Source of the DNA: an uncultured Clostridia bacterium
Lineage (GTDB): Bacteria > Bacillota > Clostridia > TANB77 > CAG-508
Reading direction: 5' to 3'
Assembly: GCA_944390965.1 (NCBI GenBank)
Contig: CALXRW010000004.1
Location: 986-64,985, forward strand
DNA: 64,000 nt
Shown here in pieces: positions 1-10,269 of this stretch; position 1 is the first letter of the stretch; each line of letters opens with the position of its first letter. The notes below the pieces were generated by a model, which had not been told where the DNA came from, did no database searches, and was given only the letters and a program-made list of their open reading frames with translations. The position numbers and the translations under genes are program-made.

Positions 1-444
1 AAATGAAAGAGGATAAACTCTAATTTCATCTCCTCTACCTCTAAATTCTGTAATAATGTCTGTAGAAAGGAATTTTGAATTGCTTCCTGTTACATATACA
101 TCTAAATTATTTTTTCTTAAAAAACTATTTAATACACTCTCAAACTCTTCTACCTTTTGAATTTCATCAAGGAGAATATAGTACATTTCATTATCTTTAA
201 TTTTATTCATAATATATTTATATAAATTTAATCCATCTGTTGTTAATTCTCTATTTTCGATAGAATCTAAATCAATTTTTATAATGTGATCTTCTCTTAC
301 TCCATCAGCTATCAATGAATTTTTAAATATTGGATCAAGTAAATATGACTTCCCGCTTCTTCTAAGTCCTGTAATAATTTTAATTAGTTTATTATTCTTT
401 TTATTTTTTAATTTTGTTAAATATAAATCCCTAGCTATTTCCAT
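1..444 (-). CDS. AAA-family ATPase (AAA_14/DUF4143 type), runs off window start
   Basis: Manual translation MEIARDLYLTKLK..IITGLRRSGKS (Walker A)..LLDEIQ (Walker B)..VTGSNS; GGAGG RBS before ATG at 444. Confidence 0.85.
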   Translation of the reverse strand, partial: MEIARDLYLTKLKNKKNNKLIKIITGLRRSGKSYLLDPIFKNSLIADGVREDHIIKIDLDSIENRELTTDGLNLYKYIMNKIKDNEMYYILLDEIQKVEEFESVLNSFLRKNNLDVYVTGSNSKFLSTDIITEFRGRGDEIRVYPLSF

Positions 445-456
445 TTCATGCCTCCA

Positions 457-565
457 TTTACTTTTTTTGTGTGTATACACACTTTTTGTTAAAAGTATAA
501 CTTAAAAAATAAGATAAGTCAATTGTGTTTTTACTTTTTTTGTGTGTATACACGTTTTTTGTTAA
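457..565. repeat. Two ~36-bp direct repeats with palindromic core GTGTATACAC, upstream of the ATPase
   Basis: tttactttttttgtgtgtatacac(a/g)..ttttgttaa at ~457-492 and ~530-565. Confidence 0.8.
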
Positions 566-628
566 TATTATGTCTCATTTTTATAAAATTATACTATTTT
601 CTTGTACACTTCCCGCAACCAAACAAAT

Positions 629-659
629 AAAAACAAGGTTGAAAGATACCTTGTTTTTT
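629..659 (-). terminator. Intrinsic terminator after GLUG protein gene
   Basis: aaaaacaaggt..accttgttttt inverted repeat with T/A tails. Confidence 0.7.
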
Positions 660-684
660 GTTAGTATATTGCAATATTTTTATT

Positions 685-2208
685 TTATTGCCAAATAAAT
701 ATTGGATAACCATTGTTTATTTGGAGTGTATCTTTCTTCCAGATAGTCATTTGATTTTTCTCATTTAATTGTTCTACAAAACTATCCTCTTTCATTTCAC
801 TTTCCGTCTTTATTACTCCGCTTTCTGCATTTGTGTAATCACTTTGGTTTAAATAATAGCAGTTAGCTATATTTCCATTTACGCCAGAAACCCCACCAGT
901 ATATAAATCTCCTTCGCAGTTGAATTTTATATCTCCAATATTGTAGCAATTTTCAACATAATTTTCATTAGCATTAGTTCCTGTACCTCTTATTCCTCCA
1001 ATATATAAAGTTGCTTTACTAGAATTTACTTCGATTTCCCCTCTATTATAGCAGTTTGAAATCGTTGATTCTGCATTACCACAAATCCCCCCCACACGAA
1101 TATGTGTCTCTCGTTCTTCATTTGCTAAAATTTTCGTATATATGCTTCCCAAATTATAACATTCTTGTATTGCATTCTGACTATAACTTGAAATTCCTCC
1201 TATATCAATAATAGTACTTTGTAATGTAGATAAATCATTTGCTATAAATTCTAAATTTCCCGCATTAAAACATCTATATATAGGACCTGTTGTTGTATTT
1301 GAAATTCCTGCTATTACAGCACCCTCCAAAATTTCTGTTTCTAATGTTACATCAGCTAAATTATAGCAATTCTCGATTTCCCCCATATTATGTCCTACTA
1401 ATCCTGCACCGGACCCTGGTCCCTTTATTTTAATACTTCCTGAAATTCCACAATTTCTAATGACAGTATCAGCTCTATTTTGTCCCACTAATCCCCCCGT
1501 CAAACTAGCAATTTCTTCATATCTTGTTATATTTACATCTACTAAATTTAAATTCTCTATATTTCCATAGTTAACTGAAAAAAAGCCAAGTTTTCCATCT
1601 GTTTCATCTTTTTCATCTATATAAAGGTTTTTTATTTGATTCTCTTGTCCGTTAAATATACCTGAAAAGCTATTTGAACCTACTTCGTCGGATGCATTTC
1701 CAATTGGTTTAAATCCTTCTCCTGACGTTAATAATGTTTTTAATTCTCCGTCATATCCATATTCTCCATAATCTGTTCTATAAGCATCTACATATGATTT
1801 TGTGGAATTAAAATCTAAACTTAATCCTAATTTTACTGTTTTATTTTGGTAGGTATTTCCCATTCTTACATCATATGCAAAAAAAACTAAATCTTCTATG
1901 CTATTTATTACATATACATCTGCCCCATCAGCTTCTAATGTTCCAGGATTTTTATCTGTTACTTGTTCTACTGTTATTCCAGTTAAATATTCATTTATCA
2001 TATCTTCTGCCTTCCCCAGCGTATTTTTTTCATCTTCTTGTGCTTGTTTTGTTTCGTTCTTTGCTTCTTCCGCTTTTAAAATTATCCCATTTTCATCTAT
2101 CACAATGCTTAATGTTATGCCTGCTAATATAATCAATACAATAATAGTTACTACTAATGCAACTAGAGTGATTCCTTTTTCTTTTCTTCTTTTTTGTTTT
2201 TTCTCCAT
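685..2208 (-). CDS. Surface protein with type IV pilin-like leader and GLUG-repeat domain
   Basis: KGITLVALVVTIIVLIILAGI prepilin-like N-terminus; F.PIG..F.G.F.G and repeated GGLVG/GGI.G..I.NCYN motifs. Confidence 0.8.
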   Translation of the reverse strand: MEKKQKRRKEKGITLVALVVTIIVLIILAGITLSIVIDENGIILKAEEAKNETKQAQEDEKNTLGKAEDMINEYLTGITVEQVTDKNPGTLEADGADVYVINSIEDLVFFAYDVRMGNTYQNKTVKLGLSLDFNSTKSYVDAYRTDYGEYGYDGELKTLLTSGEGFKPIGNASDEVGSNSFSGIFNGQENQIKNLYIDEKDETDGKLGFFSVNYGNIENLNLVDVNITRYEEIASLTGGLVGQNRADTVIRNCGISGSIKIKGPGSGAGLVGHNMGEIENCYNLADVTLETEILEGAVIAGISNTTTGPIYRCFNAGNLEFIANDLSTLQSTIIDIGGISSYSQNAIQECYNLGSIYTKILANEERETHIRVGGICGNAESTISNCYNRGEIEVNSSKATLYIGGIRGTGTNANENYVENCYNIGDIKFNCEGDLYTGGVSGVNGNIANCYYLNQSDYTNAESGVIKTESEMKEDSFVEQLNEKNQMTIWKKDTLQINNGYPIFIWQ

Positions 2209-2249
2209 TTTTACTTTTCCTCCGTTTATTTTATATTTTCCCTTTTCTC

Positions 2250-2274
2250 GGGCTCGTCAAGACGAGCCCCTACA
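2250..2274 (-). repeat. GTAG-type REP hairpin
   Basis: gggctcgtcaagacgagcccctaca; near-identical copy at 15381-15405. Confidence 0.8.
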
Positions 2275-2355
2275 TATATCATTAATGAATAGTGAATAAT
2301 TAATAATGAATAATTTTCGTGCAAAATATATTTTTATGTATTATTCATTAAACAT

Positions 2356-2404
2356 AAAAAGACTACCCATCTCGAGCATAATAATTACATTCGAAATGGA
2401 TAGT
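2356..2404 (-). terminator. Intrinsic terminator/attenuator in the leader of the GLUG gene
   Basis: Minus strand ACTATCCATTTCGA..TCGAGATGGGTAGT-CTTTTT. Confidence 0.65.
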
Positions 2405-2425
2405 TCCGATTTATTTCCTTTTTTA

Positions 2426-2488
2426 TTAAATTATATCGTGTGTGTGTGTGTGTGTGTTACTCTCCCAACGGTTTCCTCTTTTGTTCAT
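2426..2488 (-). CDS. Putative 20-aa leader peptide containing an (AC)10 microsatellite
   Basis: AAGGAGATATAAGGAA-ATG; MNKRGNRWESNTHTHTHDII*; (GT)10 at 2438-2457. Confidence 0.45.
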   Translation of the reverse strand: MNKRGNRWESNTHTHTHDII

Positions 2489-2838
2489 TTCCTTATATCT
2501 CCTTTTGTCTCTTTTCTTAATTAACATGATACTTTAACATCTTTTCCTTGTCAATACTTTTTATTCTTTTGTCAATATCTTCACCATATCCAATATTTTT
2601 TGTTTCTTTTGAACATTTCTACATGCTAAGTTTTTTCATTTTTATTTACATATTATTTTTGTTCTTTTTTATCTTATATGATTGCTTCCTTTTTGTCAAG
2701 ACTTTTCAAAACCGGTAATTTAATTTTACCATTTATATATTTTCGTAGTAAAATAAAAATAGGAATGGAGAAACCACATCAAAACAGTGCAAATGTTTAC
2801 AGATGTGTTTTTTTATTGAATAACTTGCAATTATCCCT

Positions 2839-4506
2839 CTAATTTTCTTTTATTAAAATTATGATTTCAATATGTTCTATATTACATATGTGGCTAGCAT
2901 GATGAACCATTTTTCCATTATTTATTTTCTCAAATATCATATTACATATTTGCATACAAGTATATTCGTCATATTCATCATTACAGATCAGTTGTATCAT
3001 GATACTTTTATTTATATATTCCTTTGGAATTTTGTCAATTTCTTTTTTGAGTTCATTTATTGTAGTTTTCAATTTATATGTTTTTATTTTGCTGTTCTTC
3101 AATTCATTCATTAGCAAATGTTTTATATCATGTAGTCCATCATTTTGAGGTAATTTATCATCATTGGATGTTGCATAGGCAATTATTCTTAATAAATCTA
3201 ATATTTGCTCTTTATCCATTGTAATTAATCTTGTATTGTCGGTTTCTAAGTCTTGTGTATATATTTCTACAAAATGAGTCCTAGTATTTTCTTTATCATG
3301 TCGATATTCTTCTTTTATATTTTTACTAATAGGATTTTCCTCTTTACCAATTAAAACAATTAATCTGTTTCTATATTTTTTATCAAAAAGTTGCTTATCA
3401 AAATCATAAGTATTAAAATATTCATTATGTTTGGTTTTATTTGTTTTGATAAATTGTATTAGTTCTGTTTGTTCTTCATATTGTAGTACTCTTTCGGCAG
3501 TATGTCTTTTTTGTTCGTTCTCTAAAAATTCATCAATTATTTCATTACCCAAGTCATCTACACCTATTATAGAGCAGGTATTTATGTAGTCAATGTCTTC
3601 ATTCATAAGATTTGCTATTTCTTTCCAATATGCTTGTATAATATCTTTATCTTTCCTTAATTCTTTATTAATCACTCTCATATGAAATGGTACAAATACT
3701 TCTAATGCTAATTGCTTATTTTTACGGATATTTTCACTTGCATAATAATAACCTAAGTTACAAGCAATTCTACATATTTCTACATCATCTTTTATTGCAT
3801 CAGAAAAGTATTGTAATGCATATCCATTTTCTTTCAAAAACTTTTTGGCAAATTCTTTGTTTTTTCGTATCTGTATTCCCGCATATTTAATATTATCTCC
3901 ATATGGCTTGTTAGCTGTTTCAAGTAAAAAATCCTCACGATTCTTCAAATCATCTGGTAAATATTGAAATAACTCTATATTAGCATCTAATAATTGTTTC
4001 AGTTTTTCTTTATCTTTTGTACATTCTATAATAATTTTTTTACTATTTTCTTCAATTATATTTTTTAATATTGACTCATTTAATAAAAACACATTTTGTT
4101 CCACTCTTTGGAAAATATTTTGAAATCTATATGTTTCATCCTCTTTTTTTATTCTTTTTATCATTTGATATATTCCCAAAAACTCATACCCCGTATTCCT
4201 CTTTATAAATAGAAAAGATACTTTTTCGGAGCTCGTTTTTAATATATTAAGTGGCGTATGATAATCTTCTTCTACTATCCAATATTTGTAATTTTCCTGT
4301 ATATTTCGATAATTGAATTCGTCCATTATATTGACCCAAACATAGTTATATTGGTTTAATAAATGATTTATTTTACTTAAAGGAATGTCATTTGTTGTCT
4401 TATTTATTAGCTTGAAGTTTTCTTCTGACATTAGGGGTTTTAAATACATAAAACACTCATATTTACTTTCAAGTATTTTTCCTATCTCTAATTCTACCGC
4501 TGACAT
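2839..4506 (-). CDS. Hypothetical protein with DUF4116-like repeats
   Basis: Repeats ELFQYLPDDLKNRE / ALQYFSDAIKDDVEI / YASENIRKNKQLAL; AAGGAG RBS. Confidence 0.65.
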   Translation of the reverse strand: MSAVELEIGKILESKYECFMYLKPLMSEENFKLINKTTNDIPLSKINHLLNQYNYVWVNIMDEFNYRNIQENYKYWIVEEDYHTPLNILKTSSEKVSFLFIKRNTGYEFLGIYQMIKRIKKEDETYRFQNIFQRVEQNVFLLNESILKNIIEENSKKIIIECTKDKEKLKQLLDANIELFQYLPDDLKNREDFLLETANKPYGDNIKYAGIQIRKNKEFAKKFLKENGYALQYFSDAIKDDVEICRIACNLGYYYASENIRKNKQLALEVFVPFHMRVINKELRKDKDIIQAYWKEIANLMNEDIDYINTCSIIGVDDLGNEIIDEFLENEQKRHTAERVLQYEEQTELIQFIKTNKTKHNEYFNTYDFDKQLFDKKYRNRLIVLIGKEENPISKNIKEEYRHDKENTRTHFVEIYTQDLETDNTRLITMDKEQILDLLRIIAYATSNDDKLPQNDGLHDIKHLLMNELKNSKIKTYKLKTTINELKKEIDKIPKEYINKSIMIQLICNDEYDEYTCMQICNMIFEKINNGKMVHHASHICNIEHIEIIILIKEN

Positions 4507-4531
4507 TATATGGTTACTCCTTATTCATAAT

Positions 4532-5915
4532 TTATATTTTATCTAATTTTTTTATCATCTCGTAAAATCTACCATATTTTTTTTCTTCTTTCATTTCTTC
4601 CCATCTTTCTTTTGTTATTAATACTTTCCTTGGTTTAGATCCTTCCCATCCTGATATAATTCCTTTAAATTCCATTTGATCTACGATTCTTCCGAGCTCT
4701 CGTATATCCAATTTTTAGTCTTCTTTGTATAAATGCTGTTGAAGCCTCTCCACTTTTTATTACTAATTCTATCGCTTCATCTAAACTTAGATCTTCTTCC
4801 CCCTCATTTTCTACTCCTAAATTTTGTAATGTCAATTTTATCTGTTCTCCCATGATAGGGTCATTCGCTCTTTCTTCCAACTCTTTTATCAAATTTTTTT
4901 CCTGTTCACATAGATTTTTAATTTCTTTTTTATACTCTTCTTTTCTTTTTTTCTCTGTTTCCTTTATTTTTAAAATATCTGATTTTTTATTTTCTATTTC
5001 GTTTTTTACACTTTCTTTTTCTTTCGCCTTAAAAAACCCTAATGACTTAAGTTTTCCTTCGAGTTCTACTATCTCCATTTCTAATCCGTGTTTTTCTTTT
5101 TCATTTTTTTGTATTTCTTCTTGTAGCTGATAAAATAGTTCTTGTACTATTTCAAGATTTTCTTTTTGCATATTTTGGTAGTTTTCTTCCAATTTTTTGC
5201 ATAATTCTTGGATTTTTTTGCTGTTTTCTTTTTCCTCTTTTTCTAGCTTTTCAATTCTAACCTTATTACTTTCTAAGAACTTTTGCAACAATTCCTTATT
5301 TTCACCCTCTGAATACTTTAATGCTCTCATAAAATCTTTTGAGTCTTCTAGGTCAAAAATTGCTTTGTCTTGCAGATCATTTAATGAACTTACATTATAA
5401 CTAGCAAGAAATTTGCCTAAATGTGCTTGGGCCGTTTTGGGTTCTATGTCTAGAACCATCTCAAAAAATTTATTTGCTTTTTCATATTCTTCATCTTCCA
5501 AACACATCATGCCTCTATCTATATATGCATCTATATTTTCTTTACTCATATTAAATTGTTGTACTGTTACTTCATTGGTATTGTTATTATTGCTATCATC
5601 ATCCATTTCGTTCAAATTCGTTTCTTGTTGAAATTGTTCAAACATGCTCTTTTGCATTTCAATTTCCTGATTGTGCCTTTTTTGTTCTTCATATTGTCGG
5701 CGTTGTTCTTCCTCTTGTTGTTTCATTAATTTGTTTTGTTCTTGCAATAGTTTGTTTTCTTTTTTTCTCATTTCCAATTCTTTTGCTTTCATTTTATTTT
5801 GTTCCTGTATTAACTTATTTTGTTTGTCTTGTTGTAGCCACCTTTCGTCAGCTCTTTTCATTTCTTTCCAATCTTTATAATATGTACCATCTTTTCCATA
5901 TGACATTTCTATCAT
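4532..5915 (-). CDS. Coiled-coil/TPR protein with C-terminal FtsK gamma domain; +1 shift at CGG 4692-4694
   Basis: ASTAFIQRRLKIGYTRA[C]GRIVDQMEFKGIISGWEGSKPRKVL completes the FtsK gamma domain only after skipping base 4694. Confidence 0.8.
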
Positions 5916-5936
5916 CTCCTATCTTTTTTACTTCTG

Positions 5937-6095
5937 CAAGAACAATAGCGAGCTATTTAAACATTTGCATTGTTTATAACATTTCGACTCTCGCGTCATT
6001 GTTCGCGCGCCAAATTTCATGAAATGAAATTTGTGTGCACCATTGGAGCGTAGCGACTTTTATCTAATAGGAAATGCAATTTCCTATAAAGTTAA
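5937..6095. repeat. Multi-hairpin intergenic element
   Basis: gaacaatagcgag..ctcgcgtcattgttc; gcgccaaatttcat..atgaaatttgtgtgc; ataggaaat..atttcctat. Confidence 0.55.
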
Positions 6096-6140
6096 AAACT
6101 ATATAAGGCAAAATACCTTATATAGTAAAAGTTTTAAATA

Positions 6141-6296
6141 TTATAGAGGCTTTGCGGAATTAAGAGCTCCACAAGTTAAACATACATTGCCTTTAAAGTT
6201 TTTATTACTACAATTCGTATTATGTCCTCCGTTACAACCTGTTGCGCCACATTTAGAGCATTTATAAATTGTTGAGTTGCATCCTTTACAATTCAT
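6141..6296 (-). CDS. 51-aa Cys-rich (8 Cys) putative zinc-binding microprotein, absent from ORF track
   Basis: AGGAGG RBS; MNCKGCNSTIYKCSKCGATGCNGGHNTNCSNKNFKGNVCLTCGALNSAKPL*. Confidence 0.75.
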   Translation of the reverse strand: MNCKGCNSTIYKCSKCGATGCNGGHNTNCSNKNFKGNVCLTCGALNSAKPL

Positions 6297-6491
6297 AATG
6301 TTTACCTCCTTCTATTTTATAACTGTATAATATCAAAAATATTATAAAAAGTAAAGTACTGTAATTATATGTATACAATTCATTCCCTCTTGCATTTTTT
6401 TCTTTTCTTTTTTATAATTAATAACAATACAACATGCTTTTATATTCATATTTTACAAAGTTTTTCAATCGTAATCTTAAAGGAGGATGTT

Positions 6492-9400
6492 ATGCCTAAA
6501 TTTATAGAAGAAGATGAGCCAATCTTACAGTTAAAGGCAACAAAAGAATTTACAGATAGAGAAGAGCCAAGGAAAGTTTTTTGGGACAAATACACTAAAA
6601 TGTCAAATGAAATGAATGAGGCAAATCCTATTCAGGTAATTTCTTATTATGGTTTTGGAGGAATTGGGAAAAGTTCTCTATTACATAAATTAAATGAAGA
6701 ACTAAAAGAAAAAGCTCCCAATAGTAAAACCGAATTCCTTGATTTTGAAAGGCTAACAGAGTTAAATAATAATTTATTAGATATATTAAAAGTAATTAGG
6801 CAAGATTTAAAAGAAAGATATAAATTTTCGTTTCCCATTTTTGATTTGGTTACTTATGTTTATGAAACAAAAATGGGAAAAACAGCAACCAAGCCCGAGT
6901 TAAATAGCATTTTTGATGATAATAAAGAACTTGGATTTTTAAAGGACGTAATTAGTGATATTCCTTTAATAGGCACATTTGCAAAAGTAATTTATTATGC
7001 CGATACTGGTAAAAATTTAATACAAGAAAGACTTAAGAATCATAAACTAAGACAGAGATTATTAGAAATTGAAAATTCTTCTGCTGAGGAAATTAAGGAA
7101 CATTTAGCATATTATTTTTCCATTGATTTAAAAGAAAATTTAAAAAAGGAAACTGTCCCTTTTGTATTTTTTATAGATACCTATGAAAAATTGGTAAATG
7201 AGTTAACTCAAGTTGGTGATGTGTTGAAAAATGATTTATGGTTAAGGTCTGATGAAGGATTAATCTGTAGAGTTCCTAATGTTCTTTGGGTAATCGCCGG
7301 AAGAGAAAAATTAAAGTGGCAAGATATGGATGAAAGCTGGGAAGGGACTTTAGAGCAGCATTTGTTAGGAACACTATCTTATACAGATGCTTCACACTTT
7401 CTAAAAGTAGCAGGAATCGTAAATGAAGAACTCATTCATCAAATATATAATTTAACACATGGAACACCCATATATTTGGATATGTGTGTAGATACTTTTG
7501 TAAAAGTGAAAGAAAAAGGAAATGAACCTACTATTAATGATTTTGGAGAAGATACTACTTCTTTAATTAAAAGATTTTTAATTTATATGAATGATACAGA
7601 AAGAGATTTTACGACTATGCTTGCTTTTGTTGGAGAATGGACAGATGATACCATTAGTGAAATTTCTATAAAAATGTTAGGCTTTTTTTCACCAGCTTTA
7701 TATCATAAAATAAAAGATTTTTCCTTTATCACAAGTGAAAATGGTAAGTATAAAATGCATGAAACAGTTAGGGATATTACAATAGCAAATGCAAGTAAAA
7801 TTGAAAAAGAAAAATATACAAATATCTACCAAAGCGAAATAGATGAAAAAGTAAAAGAAATTAAAAAAGTAAAAATAGCAAATGAAAATAGTTCTAATAT
7901 AGAACCAAGAAAAGAAAGAGTTCAATTAAACTTTTATGATTCTCAAAAAAAATATGTAAAATTAATCTCTTCTACCCTACAAAACGTTTTTTCTAGCAAA
8001 AGCCAAAAGGAATTCGAAGATAAAATAGCTTATTTGTTGGAAAAGATAGAAGATTATGAACAAACCTATCAGAAAGTTTTTTTTAGTGATGGTATAGAAG
8101 AAATGCTACAAAGTTTCTCTCAATATAGAAATATACCAGGCTATATTAAATTGGCAACTAAATATAGAATTAACTGTGAGGATGAAGAACATAGAGAAAA
8201 ATTCTTTTATTATCATAATGGGAAAAATATTATTTTAGATGCCTACCAGCAATTAGCTAATGTCTATGGTCAAGGAGATAAAAGAGCTTTATACCCTATT
8301 TTAGATTTTATAGAAAAAACACCTATTAATTGGTCATTATATAAACGTGAAAACACAATTGTTAGTAATTTAAAAGAGATTCTAGAAAAGTATAATATGC
8401 AAGATGATGTTCACTACTTAAAACTATTATGCGGAATAGACTATATAGAATTTATTAAGAAAATGGATGATTTTCATCCAAGACATATAAGTAGATTATA
8501 TATAGAAGTTATGTGCATGGCTATTTCACAAATGTATACATGGTATAGTGATTTAGGTAGCGAAAATCAGGCATGTAGATATGTTTATAGAAATGTAAAC
8601 TTAATCATAGAAACTTTAGAGAAAAATCCTAGCTTATTGACAGGGAAAATCGTAAAAAAATTAGTAAAATTACCATCCATCTGCAGTTATTTTGAGGTAA
8701 ATCTTGTTAAATTATTTGATTATGTTGTTTCAATAAAAGATGCCATCTTAGAAACAACAGATATGGATTTAATCGATAGTTATTATCATTTATTGTTAGA
8801 ATATGAGCATGGTTTTGATTTAACCTTAAATAATCCATTTGACATGGTCAGGGCAAAAGTAAAAGAACTTTTAGTTGAGTTATATGAAAGATATTCTGAA
8901 ATATATGGAAAAGATTCTAGTTTTGTTTTAAAAGTTAAAGCAAGTTTATTAAAAATGAATATTACATTAGACAGCCAAAATAATGATGATATTTTTAACC
9001 AGATGGATGAATTGATTACTACTTTTGGTCTTTATAATGAGAGAACCATAAATACTGCTTGTGAAATTTTTAGTGGTATCAAAGATGCTAATGAAGTAAG
9101 AGAAATCGCTCAGAAAACTACAGAAGAAAAAAGATATCACAACTTTCAAAAAATGATCTCCTATATGCATTTGTTTTTAGATAAATATACTGAAATTCAT
9201 ATAGACAAAGAGGCGAAAAATACTTTTCATAATATGTTATTTCTCATTCATAGAGCATTACAATCTTATAGAGATTATTTTTACTATTCTCATAGTTTTA
9301 AAGTGTATGAAGATGAATTCGAGAAATATGCGAAAGATGTTGCTGAGGTTTATATCAAAATGGATAAGTTAAATATAGATTATCATAGATATATTGAAGA

Positions 9401-10172
9401 ATTCTTTTTCCGCTATGCTGAAAGTTGCTTAACCTTTGGATATTTATATCCTGGAAATTTATTTAATAAAAAGTATATGTTAGAAGGAATTGACTACCTA
9501 AAAGATACATTACTAAAAAATGAACCTAAAAAGTTTGATTCTCCAAATTTCCTTATCGCATACATCATATATAAGGTTTTTGAATTAAAAAAGAAAATAA
9601 TCCCTGAAAACGTATTATTGGAAGTAGAAAAAGATGTTAACGATGTTGGTTCAAAAATATATCCTTTAGAAGAAGAGTATGAAAAAACATATCATAATAG
9701 CAATAAATTCAATATTCTTTCAAAACTTATCTTTTTCAGATTAATAGAAAATGGATATTTATGTAGATATGTAGAATATATAAATACTTTAAAAGAGAGT
9801 AGAGATGACAATATCCTATATATTACTACATATGCAAGCAAATACTCTGATATAAAAAATATGCATACAATATTAATCGATCAAAATGAATTAGTAGAAT
9901 TATCTAAAAATTTTTATGATCAGGATGATGAAAAATTATTATATGAGGAACTAATTTTATTACTTTTGAGGGCTTTGTTTTTTGAAAAAGAAATACCAAA
10001 AAAAATAACTTCATTTATTAAAAGAACCAAAAATAGCGAACTAATCCAAGAAGCAGAGGAAGCAAAAAAATTAGTAGAAAGATTAAACAAAATAAGAATA
10101 ATAAATTATGGTGAAGATTATTTAACTTTCGATGATGTAACAAAATTGGAAATACGAAAACTAGAAGAATAA
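6492..10172 (+). CDS. Large P-loop NTPase (STAND/AAA-like) with long helical C-terminus
   Basis: FTDREE; Walker A GFGGIGKS; Walker B FFIDTYE; THGTPIYL; AGGAGG before ATG 6492. Confidence 0.75.
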   Translation: MPKFIEEDEPILQLKATKEFTDREEPRKVFWDKYTKMSNEMNEANPIQVISYYGFGGIGKSSLLHKLNEELKEKAPNSKTEFLDFERLTELNNNLLDILKVIRQDLKERYKFSFPIFDLVTYVYETKMGKTATKPELNSIFDDNKELGFLKDVISDIPLIGTFAKVIYYADTGKNLIQERLKNHKLRQRLLEIENSSAEEIKEHLAYYFSIDLKENLKKETVPFVFFIDTYEKLVNELTQVGDVLKNDLWLRSDEGLICRVPNVLWVIAGREKLKWQDMDESWEGTLEQHLLGTLSYTDASHFLKVAGIVNEELIHQIYNLTHGTPIYLDMCVDTFVKVKEKGNEPTINDFGEDTTSLIKRFLIYMNDTERDFTTMLAFVGEWTDDTISEISIKMLGFFSPALYHKIKDFSFITSENGKYKMHETVRDITIANASKIEKEKYTNIYQSEIDEKVKEIKKVKIANENSSNIEPRKERVQLNFYDSQKKYVKLISSTLQNVFSSKSQKEFEDKIAYLLEKIEDYEQTYQKVFFSDGIEEMLQSFSQYRNIPGYIKLATKYRINCEDEEHREKFFYYHNGKNIILDAYQQLANVYGQGDKRALYPILDFIEKTPINWSLYKRENTIVSNLKEILEKYNMQDDVHYLKLLCGIDYIEFIKKMDDFHPRHISRLYIEVMCMAISQMYTWYSDLGSENQACRYVYRNVNLIIETLEKNPSLLTGKIVKKLVKLPSICSYFEVNLVKLFDYVVSIKDAILETTDMDLIDSYYHLLLEYEHGFDLTLNNPFDMVRAKVKELLVELYERYSEIYGKDSSFVLKVKASLLKMNITLDSQNNDDIFNQMDELITTFGLYNERTINTACEIFSGIKDANEVREIAQKTTEEKRYHNFQKMISYMHLFLDKYTEIHIDKEAKNTFHNMLFLIHRALQSYRDYFYYSHSFKVYEDEFEKYAKDVAEVYIKMDKLNIDYHRYIEEFFFRYAESCLTFGYLYPGNLFNKKYMLEGIDYLKDTLLKNEPKKFDSPNFLIAYIIYKVFELKKKIIPENVLLEVEKDVNDVGSKIYPLEEEYEKTYHNSNKFNILSKLIFFRLIENGYLCRYVEYINTLKESRDDNILYITTYASKYSDIKNMHTILIDQNELVELSKNFYDQDDEKLLYEELILLLLRALFFEKEIPKKITSFIKRTKNSELIQEAEEAKKLVERLNKIRIINYGEDYLTFDDVTKLEIRKLEE

Positions 10173-10181
10173 CTATGCATT

Positions 10182-10222
10182 TAATAGGCTTAAGAGACGC
10201 CCATCTTAAGCCTATTATTTTT
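10182..10222. terminator. Bidirectional terminator between convergent genes
   Basis: taataggcttaaga..tcttaagcctattattttt. Confidence 0.75.
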
Positions 10223-10269
10223 GCACTTTACTACGAATTTTTTTCCTCCTTAATTATTTAACATAGTGC

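Noticed and set aside
6369-6491. N-terminal extension of the large NTPase in the ORF track
   Set aside because: AGGAGG RBS precedes ATG 6492; the extension looks like promoter DNA.
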